This document shows, piece after piece, positions 1 through 13,400 of a stretch of 64,000 bases of DNA (position 1 is the stretch's first letter; each line of letters opens with the position of its first letter). Made by a program: the position numbers and the translations under genes. The DNA is taken from positions 23,374,001 through 23,438,000 of the forward strand of contig JBHGNT010000004.1 of NCBI GenBank assembly GCA_043228905.1, in the 5' to 3' direction. Origin of the DNA: Azolla caroliniana. Lineage: Eukaryota > Plantae > Polypodiophyta. The notes beneath the pieces were generated by a model that saw only the letters and a program-made list of their open reading frames with translations, was not told the origin of the DNA and did no database searches.

Positions 1-185
1 GAATTATTGAACTTGATAACATATTGCACGTCAAATTTATTGAAAAGCTTTTGCATTATAAAAACTATCAATATGTATGGGCTTGAGATGTTTTCACTTA
101 CCAAGTGGATTGGATGATTTAAGCATTGGCTTGACATAGCGATGATTCTTAATTAGTAAATTAAAAACTACTCATACCGTAGAAT

Positions 186-589
186 TAACAATCGGCAATG
201 GTTCGGTTTGAACCGAACCAAACTGCGAAACCACGACTTAACGGCTTAAACTGTTCGGTTTCGATTTGGTTCGGTTTGGGGGTGAACGGTTCTATTCGGT
301 TCGGATTCAGCGGCTAGAAACCGCAGTTTAAACAGTTTAATGGTTTTTTTTTTTTTTTTTTAAATAATCTTTTCATTTTTAAGCCTAATTCTCAAAATTT
401 AGGGAAATCTTTAAATTTTTAAATAATTAAAATTTTAAATAATGAAAATTTTTAATTTTTAAATTTGAATTTTGACCTAAGTTGAAAACCAAAACCGCGG
501 TTTTAACGGTTTGGATTTTTTAAACAGTTTTGTGGTTCAGTTCAAGTTTCAAAGATTTTAAACAGTTATCGAACCATTGCCAATTGTTA
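186..589. mobile_element. Non-autonomous hAT-like DNA transposon (MITE)
   Basis: 20-bp TIRs TAACAATCGGCAATGGTTCG (186-205) and CGAACCATTGCCAATTGTTA (570-589) match 19/20. Flanking 8-mers CGTAGAAT (178-185) and CCTAGAAT (590-597) match 7/8, consistent with an 8-bp TSD. Many subterminal AACCG/CGGTT motifs around an AT-rich core; no ORF. Confidence 0.75.
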
Positions 590-2527
590 CCTAGAATCTA
601 AACATAGAACATCAAGATATCAAACAGTAAACATATAAAAAACATATGATGAGAAAGAAGTGGTAGACAGACACCCCGAGACATGTATAAGTTAAATGTG
701 ACGTACAAGAGAGATCATGGTGATACCTCTTCTTGATGTAGGGGAGATGCACGCTAAATCGTAAATATATGATTATCTTTGTTTTCAAAGTTTCTTGTAG
801 TGTTGACAATATTAGTGTAATGTTGAATAGTGATAATGTAGTTACATTGGTTTATTATTTAATTCTTATTGAAGAATTTGTATTATTATATTTGAAAACA
901 TAGATAGGGATTTTGGTCGCACGAGTTGTGCTTGACAATATAATATGTATTACAACCATTATAAAATTTCGGAAAATAGTCATTGCATTCTATGAACAAG
1001 GATACATTGTGGAGTGCTATAATCCAAGTCATTGAATTTATCATCATTGCCTTTGTTATAATCTTGAAGGGTGATAAAAGTCTTATTCTCGATGGATAGT
1101 GTGGTTATCTTTATGTTTGGAGTATGTTGTACTATTCTTTCCATTGTCGTTGTTGTAAGCTTGAAGTGTCGAAATCTTGTTCTCAGTGGATGTTATGATT
1201 ATATATGATGTAGTAGAATCCTTGTTATTAGTGCATATTATGATTATTTTTTATGCTCGGAGTCTGTTATAGGGCTTGTCATGTGCACGCCAACTCTCGA
1301 ACAAATAGATGCACACCATCTTGGAAGTAATGACCATAATTGTCTAGGCTTTAACTCTATCATATGATGATGTTGTGTATGGCGGTCTCAATTCTTTCTA
1401 CTTAGCCTAGGTCACATTGACTACTACTTTCAATGAAATAAATAAAAGAATAAGGTATTCATAAATGTCAACAATCAATGTTAGCCAAATTTAAAGATTT
1501 TAAACAATAACTAATATCTAAAGTGATATGGGATTGGTAAGTGAGATTGCTTATAACATCTCTATGAGGAGACAATGTACATAACTTTGTAAATGGGCAC
1601 ACTAGATGAAATGGAATGCCACCGTCATGCCTTGTTAGCTTCACGATTCTGACCGTGGGCCTATAATTTTTTTAGGCTTATGTTGTTATGTTTCTTGTTT
1701 GAATTTCTATGCATTGATTTGAATCATTTAATAGATTGTACATTTCATATGCTCTCATCTAGCATTTATTGATGTAATATTGTCTTATTATCTCCTATGA
1801 AATGAACAATTCATATTTTTAATTGATTTGTCTTTGTTGCTTTCCCTCTTTCTTGTCGTGCATGGGAAGCTTTGTTCCAACTTGTTTTAGAAAGGTAAGG
1901 ATCGCCGACATGCACAACATTGGAGATTATTGCTTCCTCCATTCTCTCACAAAGATAAAGTTTCATCCATTTTATTGTAACGATAATACTTGCATGCAAC
2001 TTTTTTACTATCTTGCATGTTGATTATGTCTAGGTTATGACAAATGTTGTGTTTGTGTACATCTATATTGCAAAAGATATACTTATGGATATTCATATGC
2101 TAGCAAAAATTGACATATAGAATGCTTGTGCCTTTCTAGTGAAAGGATGGATTTAATCCGTTACTTGCTAGACTTAGATTTTGTTATAATTCCGGTGTTA
2201 TGTTATGAAGATAGTTTTAAGACAAGATAGGAATGAGAGACCTACCTACACATAATGACTTGGATTGTGATATGATAAAATGTAGCGATAAGCAAACAAA
2301 GCCCCATATTGCTAACGATACTTTATACGTATTGTACTTAAATCTAAGAATCAACAAATCACCGACAATGAGGTTGTCACTTTACAGCAAATGCTTAGAA
2401 ATTTTGAACGTGGAAAAGCAAAAGAGGTTTTTGACTTTTTAGACATTCGAAGATTAATGGCCTTCACGACATAAACAAAAAAACTATAAACGATCATTGC
2501 CTTTTTTAGATAGAGAGATAGGAGCTA

Positions 2528-2593
2528 TTTTTTGTTAATTTACCTAATGTTCAATTTATATATTTTTTGTTAATTTACCTAATGTTCAATTTA
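2528..2593. repeat. Short direct duplication (~31 bp)
   Basis: TTTTTTGTTAATTTACCTAATGTTCAATTTA occurs twice, a few bases apart. Confidence 0.8.
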
Positions 2594-4532
2594 GATCTGT
2601 ATCATGATACATACACATAAATATATATGAACATCCTTCCCAAATTGTATTAGACTGAAACGTGCGTGACCCAAGAAAATCCTTTTTTGAGAAAATAAAA
2701 GGTGTTCGGCAAAACCTTATCCACAAAGACATGTTGATTTTTTTCACTATTATTATTCCAATAGAACCAAATCAAGATTGATGGAGAACAACAATGGTCA
2801 ATGTTATCGAGCATTTTACTTGTTCAGATGCAATAGAAAATATCATAAGAAGATGAAGGACAAGTAAAACTATACGAAGTGAAACTATATTCCGTTGCTT
2901 TTCCAGTACGAAAGGTGTGGTGTAAATGGCTTATCATTCAAGAATATGCTTTGGATATTCGGCTACGATATAAGAATATACATATATATTTAAGATCTAG
3001 TGAATTACCATGTTTGCTATTTGGTAGGAAAATTAACAAATTTAAGCTCTCAAAATCTTACGGGCACTTAGAACAATCAAGCTACCAATTACATTAAAAA
3101 TGTTGTGGAGTTGTTGTAGTAAACATGTCTTCACTTCTTCATTGTTAACGATAGATAGGGTTTGCCAAAGTGGATTTCTTTAATTATGATTAAAACTAGC
3201 AAGGATTATGATCAATGGCATTATGTCAAGCTAAAATAAATTACAAAGAGCTTTTCTAATCAATGCAACATCAAAGTCATTGCTAATCCATGCCTAAAAA
3301 GTTGAATCTAAAAACAATATCTTTTGCTAACGTGAAAACTCTCTTATATTATTTACATACGAACGACAATGCTTTTGCATCATTTTATAACGGGAAATTG
3401 TTGTGTTACGAAGACTAAGGTGTGTAGCTACTAACATTCTATACAAATTTGACATTGGGCTTCAATGTTTCAAAATTGAAGGGATTGTTAGACAACTAGT
3501 GAGTTTCTTCGATTGAAAGAAAAACAAACAAAAAGAGTCGTGTTTGTTTTCTAAATTATTATTATTTTGGATGGATTATGACTCGCCCCCATGATTGGGG
3601 CGCTCCACCACTCAAGTAACCTTGTAGCGAAATAGGGAGAGAAATATCTTCAAAGATCTCGGGCAAAGTGTGTGACACATTATGAGCTCATCATTTTCTC
3701 ATTGATATGGTTACACTTCCTCAACTCTCTCCTCTCTAGGGAGGGCAACACTATCATGAAGCAAACTAGTTATTGAGTTATGGAAAGGGAAGTTTTAAAG
3801 CCATTTCACGAGGAGTGAAATGTTTATTAAATTTTTCAGTGTAGCGATCTCGAAAGGGAAAAAGGGGAAGGTGCGCTCCTTTGTTGTAGATAGCAAGATT
3901 CATGATGCCACGATAACGATATGAAGTACTCGTTAAATGTGACACATTGGAGTAAAAAAGAGAGAGGTATGAACGGTTTGTAACCGTCAAATGTAATATC
4001 AAAAACCCCTAATTTAAATTCATAACACGTGTACAAGGAATCAACTCATTTTGTTCTCACGGAACATTTTGGAGACAACTGACCCACCTAGGTGAAGGGA
4101 AAGCCAGTTTTGTATATGCGACGCCACGCCACGAATACTAGCAAGGTATATTATTCTTAACAAACCGATGCTTGCCATCAATCATGTACGCCGCCGATTA
4201 TGTCAGCGCAAGAAACTAGCATAAGGGACGCGCGCTCGCCATAATAACATTACATCATCGAGAAATGTGGTGGCGATCCATGTTCTTCTCTTTCCGAAGC
4301 GATCGTCGAGCATTGCAAGCTCTTCTCCCCCATTTCTCTACAATCACAGCCACCCTCGCTCGTTTGCTTTTCCCGTCCCTCCCGAAGACAAGTACGTACA
4401 TACATTACATTTATACATATACGTAACTCTAGCTCATACATGTTCCCCATATGGCATACCCAGAAGACAAGAAGATGCAGGTACACATATGGGCGATTGG
4501 GCCAAAACATTGTCCTGCGCGCGCCCGTTAAT

Positions 4533-4662
4533 ACACACACACACACACACACATGGTCGGTCGGTCTCTCTCTCTACACACACGGTCGGTCGATCGGTCT
4601 ATATATATATCTCTCTCTCTCTACACACACACGCACACACATGGTCGGGTCGGTCGGACAAT

Positions 4663-4697
<35 letters not shown>

Positions 4698-4785
4698 TGG
4701 CCGGTCGGTCTCTCTCTCTCCACACACATACACACACACCTTCCCCTGTTTCCGGCCTTCTCTGTCTGTCTGTCTGTTTCTCTGA
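4533..4785. repeat. Compound microsatellite/minisatellite (CA)n-GGTCGGTC-(CT)n upstream of SAHH
   Basis: About four units of (AC)n followed by GGTCGGTC and (CT)n. The overlapping HTHT/SLSL-rich ORFs are artefacts of this repeat. Confidence 0.85.
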
Positions 4786-4882
4786 ATCTGAGAAAACTAG
4801 ATCTCAAGACTCTCTGTGTGTCCACGATGCCCTAAAACCCTACCTTTCTTCTTCTTCTTCTTCTTCTTCTTCTTCTCCTTAG

Positions 4883-4890
4883 TATATAAA
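4883..4890 (+). promoter_or_regulatory. TATA box of the SAHH gene
   Basis: TATATAAA followed by a CT-rich leader and a consensus donor CA|GTAAGT at 5011. Confidence 0.65.
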
Positions 4891-5010
4891 GTTACCAAAG
4901 CTCTCCATTCCTCCTCCTCTCGCTCTCTCTCTCTCTCCCCTGCTCCATCCTGCAGCTCTGCTCACCTCTCCTCCTCCTCCTCCGCTTCTCCTTCGAGCGC
5001 CTTCCGACCA

Positions 5011-5144
5011 GTAAGTTCCTCCTCTTCTTCTTCTTCTTCATCTTTATGTCTGCATCCTTGTTTTCCTCCTCTGATTCTCCTTCCTTCCTCTTTCTCTTCT
5101 GATTCTGCCTCCTTGTTCCTCTGATTCTGTTATTTGTCTTCCCT

Positions 5145-5179
<35 letters not shown>

Positions 5180-6395
5180 GATTCTCTTTGTGGAGGTTTT
5201 GCGTCACGTCTGTATTGTTATCCTGTCTTTATTTTTCTGCACCTTTTACTGAAAGCCCCCCATCTTGTATCGAAATATTGCATTCTCCGCCTACGTTTCT
5301 ACCCCTGATTTGGATCGTTTCTCTTCCCTGCTTTTACTTCTACCTCTTCTCTACCTGTTTTCTCCCTGTGCAATTACTTACATATTGTTCCGACTTCTCT
5401 TCCCCTGGAAGCCCTCGTTTCATGAGCTGATCTACATTTTTGCTGTTGGTTTTGTTTGGGAATAATGACCATAATTTCGTTTGTTTGATAAACAACCTCT
5501 CTCTCTTGTAAGTTGTAAGGATCTGCATCCAATTCGTGGTTTCATCTCGGTTTTATTTGAATTTCTTTCGCAAGATCCAGATCTTTGTGAAGATCTTATG
5601 GATCTACATTCTCTTTATTGTGTAGATCTACCTTCTCTCTTTGTTTTTTAGAGCTGATTTGGTCTGTCTTTTGGAATAGATTCAATGGAGTAGCTTAGAT
5701 CCCCAGTTAGTTCTGTAATGTGTACCGTTCTTTTACTTATGTGTCAAACCTGTTTTCGTGTTTCCAATTAAAACTCTGATTTGGCAGATCTATTTCATTT
5801 AATGTACCCAAACTTTAGATTCAGCAGATCTACTACTCTCTGGTAGTGCTCAGTGAGCATTATCCTATGGCCGAAGAAAAGTGTTTTTTCGTGTTTTTGC
5901 ACTTCACCGTGCCTTGTAATCTGCATCAAATCTAGGTTTTGGCATTGAAATTCTGTCCGGGGTTAGCATTTTGTTTAAATTTATGCCAATCATTCAAATT
6001 TGTACTAACAATGACATTTTTAGTTTGAAACAATGATAAGCCGCCGTTACATTGTCTTTTTTGCATCATTGTTTCGTTTTGAAACATTAATTCTTGACTG
6101 TTCGTGAACTATTGTGTCCGAAATTCATTTAGCATGTGTTAGATCTGTGCTGTTTGTACAATTACTTGTCCCTGAAGAGATCAAAGGAAATCTTCTCGTC
6201 ATTTTGTCAAATGCATTCGCATTCTATCATCATCCTAAGTTAAGTACAGTCATCTGCTCAGTGTTTTCGTTGTGTATTTTTCTATAGAAATTCCGTAGCT
6301 TTCTCCATAGTTATACATGACTTCACATGCTGTTCTTCTCTCCCATTTCTACTGGAGTATATGTTCTGATGCCTCCTTTTTTGTGTTTTATATAG
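5011..6395 (+). other. ~1.4-kb 5'UTR (leader) intron of SAHH
   Basis: Donor GTAAGT at 5011, T-rich interior, and a polypyrimidine tract with TAG at 6393-6395 (alternative acceptor TGCAG ending 6406) just before the ATG at 6409. Confidence 0.65.
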
Positions 6396-6408
6396 ATTGC
6401 TTGCAGCC

Positions 6409-8277
<1,869 letters not shown>

Positions 8278-8503
8278 ATGGAAATCTTCGGCGGATTTTT
8301 AAAACTATTGAGCAACATTCATTAAGTTTTAGACTGAAAATCTTGTTTTTTTAAACACTCTTCTTCTTCTTTCAATGGCATCGATTCTTTGAGAAGAATG
8401 CTTTTGGCGATGCCCTCCTTTTGATGGTTATTTTTAATTGAGTTTTTAGCTCTTGTTTTTAAATTGTCTGTCTTTGAATAAAAATAACTGTCTGCAACTG
8501 AAT

Positions 8504-8910
8504 TATTTCATTGTGATATGGATGGCATAACTAAATGTTTTGCAATGCATAACTGAGCATATTTCCTGTGGGATTTAAACTTTCAACATGTGGTGGAATT
8601 TTGAGTTGCAATGAATTAGTATAAATAAGGCATACATAGAGAAAAGCATTTGTATTTCATTGTGATATGGATGGCATAACTAAATATATTTTGAAGTAAA
8701 TATTTTGCAATGCATAACTAAGCATATTTCCCATGGGATTAAAATTTCAACATGTGGAATTTTGAGACGAATGTACTTGATCAAGTGGAATAATGCATAT
8801 TATTGTCTGCTATATATATTGCTATGTTTTTCGGTTTGAAATATATATTTTGAAATACAGTAAGCATATTTTTGTGATTTCCCATGGTACTGCAATTTCA
8901 ACATGTAGAG
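8504..8910. repeat. Degenerate tandem triplication (~100-150 bp) downstream of SAHH
   Basis: TATTTCATTGTGATATGGATGGCATAACTAAAT...GCAATGCATAACT.AGCATATTTCC..TGGGATT...TTTCAACATGTGG at ~8504 and ~8653, with a partial third copy at ~8860-8910. Confidence 0.75.
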
Positions 8911-9659
8911 TGAAATAATGTATAATACCGTCAGTGGGATTGTGTAGGGAGCAACAGGTAATATGCTAATAATCAATGTATAGTCAGATTAATGCTTGGC
9001 CAAAATATTGAAGTTGGTTAACAAATGTGATATGCTCGAGCACCTTTACATATCAATTTGAGTGGTATAATTGATAAAGCACGTGAATGTTGCAGATAGC
9101 TATACTCTTAAGCCTTTACGTTTTTGCTGTGAGTGGTGCAATCAGCATGTTAATCAAGATCTCATGGAATTTTCCGGTGATTTTGGAACTATAATTGGAT
9201 TTGTCATGCATATGATTAAAACAATGTAAATGTAAATTATCATTGAACCTTTTTAGAGTAACCTAATCAGCACATCATATATTTGAATAATCGTGGCCGC
9301 TTTTTGATGTTATGTAGAATTCAAAGGGTATGATCAATGCTACCCATATTGAGACACATGTGATCTTTTAAATTAATGGGTGAAAAAAATACCTACACAT
9401 GGGACATAGAGTTTCAGATTTAATTCACTCTCAAATTGGTGCTAGCTAGCATCTCCATTCTCATTGATTTATTATGCATGCATGAATCTAAAAAAATAGT
9501 TTACAAATTTCCAGAATGAGAATGCTTTAGGAAAACAAAAATATATCAAAAATAGGTTATTGTTGGGAATGCAATTATCACGCAACAATTTTAAGAAATA
9601 TGTTTGAAGATGCACAAAGCTTACAAGTATATTGGAAAACTTTTACATGCATAATAAGA

Positions 9660-10217
9660 TGTTGGGAAAACAAGTCCCTCCGGATGGGAAGAGCACGAGT
9701 CGCATGAAATGGAGTCGATATGTAAACTCGACGAAGGCCGAAAATCGACAATCGATTCGGTTATTAACCGAATCGGTCAAAGTCGAATCGAGAGGGGGCT
9801 ATAATTGTAAATAGCCTAAATATGCCTTTAATGGGCCATAGTTGTAAATAGCTCATATTGTATATTAGTATAAATATACTTGGGGCAAGTAGTTAGATTG
9901 TGTGCATAATCATTATTGTGTTGTTGCCACTGTAACTAGAGAGAGAGAGGGTGTAACTCTATATCTATCAGTCCACAAAGAAGAGGTCAAGGTCGTTGCC
10001 TTGAATCCTCTTGTCATACTCCTCCCTTTATAGTGATTTGGTTTGGAGTTTGTGGACTCCACTTGGTTTTTCCCATTTAGGTTTTCCACGTTAAATATCT
10101 TGTGTTTTTGTACTTCTGTTTTATGTTTGTCTTTCTGTTTGTGCACTATCTTACTTGATCTTTGCACCCCGAATATACATACAATAAACTGGTTGTGGCT
10201 GGTTTTCAATTCTAACA
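9660..10217 (+). mobile_element. Solo LTR (558 bp), probably copia-type
   Basis: Starts TGTT (9660) and ends AACA (10217), with a perfect 5-bp TSD TAAGA at 9655-9659 and 10218-10222. Internal TATAAATA (~9870) and a GGTTTTCCACGTTAAATATCTTGTG segment resembling plant LTR U5 regions; no PBS or coding sequence follows. Confidence 0.8.
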
Positions 10218-12742
10218 TAAGACTAGCAATAGCTTAAAACAAAAGTTATACTTGTGACAACTCAAATAAGTGTAAACCATGCATTTTGTATAATGATGAG
10301 CTAATTGAAATAATAAAAGTTTCAATTACATTGGGCTAAAGGTTCCCTCCAATAATACATGGAGCAAGTGTTCAATTCATCGGTTCGAAGTAAGAAATGA
10401 TTAATGTCAAAATCGGAAACAACAAGGAAAAGATTCAAGTCCTAGAAGGAGCATGATATGAAGAAATGGTTTGGAAGATGGGACACATTATATTTGCTTC
10501 ATGATGCCTAAATCAAATCCTTAGTGAATGTAGAGGATTTTTTGCATTGCTAACGTATCATAACTTTGTGAAAGATGCTTCACTAAACTATAAAACTATC
10601 CTCTTATCCCAACAAGCAAACCATACTTACCGATAGATAATTTTGCTTAGGTTTAACTCATAGTCATTTTGATGTGAGTCTAGGTGTTAGGATATTATCA
10701 ATGACACTTGCTAAATGTGCCTATTTTGCCCCCGAACAAGTTTGTGAGGATCAATATCAGACTATACTACAACAATCCACCTCTCTAATTGTCGGTCCAA
10801 ACATATTCCTACACACATTTCTTTGTTAGTTGCAATGCACACTCTTAATTGCAAAATTCATTTACTAAAATTCTTGACTCCATCAAGAGTGGTTAATGAA
10901 AATGTTTTAGTTTGCTCTCGTAGGTCATTTGTAAATCTATATGTCTATCTATTGTTTTTACTCAACATCCAAAGTGAGCATGGTTTGGAGAGCCAAGAAG
11001 GAACAATAGATGAAAGTAAACATACGTTTCTCCTAGGTTGAAATTGTGGCACATGTTTCCCAAAATGTTAAAGGCTTTTGAGTATTGGTTGGTTATACCA
11101 AAAGATGTGAAAAAACTTGGAAATGGTGAATGTTCTAGATAAACTTCACCTATGCTAATATACACTATAATGGAAGTCTTGTCTACTGGTCAATAACGAA
11201 TACATGCATTACTAAATAAAACAATAGCTTGCGAAGTTTTCATGAATTTTGCAAGATAATTGCACAAAGACACTACACAACATAAGGCAATACAATTCAA
11301 ATCATTGACAATCACATAGTTATGGTGGGATCTAGTATGGCATTGGTAATCTCATTCATCTATAGATTGTATTGGAGGAGAGTTGGCGTAACAAAAAATG
11401 ATGTATTGTTTTGTATATTTTCTATGGAACTACCCATAGTCTAGTTATACTAACTAAAAGAATGCATCCAAGAAGCCTCGAGAGAATGCAAGAGAAAACT
11501 AGCCATTGGACACTTGACAAGATTGCTTTAGATATTTTTATGTAGATGATAAAGTAGTTTGACATATTCTAACTTGAGGTTGCAAATTTCTTCAGATTAG
11601 GTACATAATTTATATGAGCATAGTGATGTTGCATTGAATGTGTGTAACACCAAAGTCATGGGGGTAGCCATCGTAATGAGAGCAACCGTAATTGGTTTAG
11701 TTTGCCGCATTAGAAACCATTGTGATGAAGTGGAGAATAATTAGAGTATACGTGACCTATGTGCTGCAAAATAAAATAAATAGAGGAATATATGACACTT
11801 CCTCAAATGGGAGGACTCCAAGCATGATCTTTGTAAAGTCCTTGACAAGGTAGTTACTAGTGACTAAGGGTTAGAGAACGCCAAACAGGGACACAAAAGT
11901 GTCATCATCGACTTCATGTATGCTCTTTTGTCATGTAGGACCGAAATGTGAATAACAAAACAATGACGAACTGGCAACAATATTAGTAGCAAATAATGTC
12001 CCATTTGAGCTTATACGTGAGCGGGGAGAGTGCTTTGTAATGATTGATGGGTGTCCCATGGATCGTGTTGGGCCCCCTTGACTATCGATACCAGCAATAC
12101 CATCGTCATCATCAGTTGTTGGTTAGGAACATGAGGTCCAGAGAAAGTCGCACAATGTCTCTCTCTGTTCTTTGGAAGATGACCAGTGGACATGCGGAAT
12201 GGTAGTTGGGGGGCCTTGTCAGGTGCGTGCCCTGTCTCCGACCAAATCACGGAGACAAATCACCTATCTAGCCGGTAGCTAGGCCTTCTATTATTTCACT
12301 GTGGCCTCCATGTGACCTCTATCAAAATTGGGAACACATTTTGGTCTTGAATTTTGAAAATAAGGCTTGCAAAATTGGGGGTAGGTTTTGACAAATTCAA
12401 AAGGTAGAATTTTTTTCTTCTTCTTTTTTCTTGAATGGAAACAGAGTAGAGGAGAGAAAGCAGAACAGGGCAGAGAGAGAGAGAGAGAGAGAGAGAAGTT
12501 AGAATTTGGAGGAACCTGCAGACAGATTATATATATAAAATGGTGTGTTTGTTTGGGAGGGGGGCAGCCCATTTAAAATACAAGGCCAGAGACAAAAAAC
12601 AAACAAACTCACTCTCAAAACAGAGAAGAAGGAGTAGTAGATGTAGAAGAAGCATCCCTGCTTTTACAAAAAGCTCTATTTTGATCCTTTTTGTTTCTCT
12701 TCACTCCCAATCCCCTTTTCCTATATTCGGCTTTTCTTCAGG

Positions 12743-13362
12743 ATGAGTACTGGCAATGTTCCAGAAGCCTTTCATCTTCATAATGCTGCGTTTGCTACTG
12801 GTAATGGACATAATCATAATGAAGAAGGTGCCGATCCCTCTCTATACAGCCCCAATACCAAGAATTCTTTGTTTTCCAAGGTCGTTGGGGACTATGATTG
12901 GGGCTTCCTGTGCTTGCCTCGCTCTCCTTTCCAGAAATACACCAAACCAACCCCTTTCTATTCCAAAGATGAGGAAATTCCCCTCTTCTTGGCTCTTGTC
13001 ATGGGTCTCCAACATTGCCTTGCAATGGTGAGGATATGCAGATTTCATTTTTATTTATCTATATTAACTCAATCGATCTCCATTTTTACAAGAATAAGCT
13101 TTTCTTTATCCTTGTTTCGATTTTTTTGATTTGGATTTGTACATTTCTGTAGGTTGGTGGTATCATCACTGCCCCTATTATCATTTCTGGCTCAGCAAAC
13201 TTCTCCAGTCAAGAGACAGTTGCTTGTAAGTGTGGCCGAAGATGATACCCAACACACCCCACGAGTTCTGATTTTCTAATTTAGAGATAATATGTATATA
13301 CCCAGAAATCTGTTGCTATACACGATAATGTCCTATTTAAGTAGGACATCGTAAAACTTGTT

Positions 13363-13400
<38 letters not shown>

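Noticed and set aside
4250-5465. ORFs of 66-172 aa upstream of SAHH
   Set aside because: They are low-complexity translations of microsatellites and of the leader intron.
10860-10930. Possible hAT transposase dimerisation remnant (TPSRVVNE-like)
   Set aside because: Only a few residues resemble the motif and a frameshift is needed; no TIRs or extended homology are visible.
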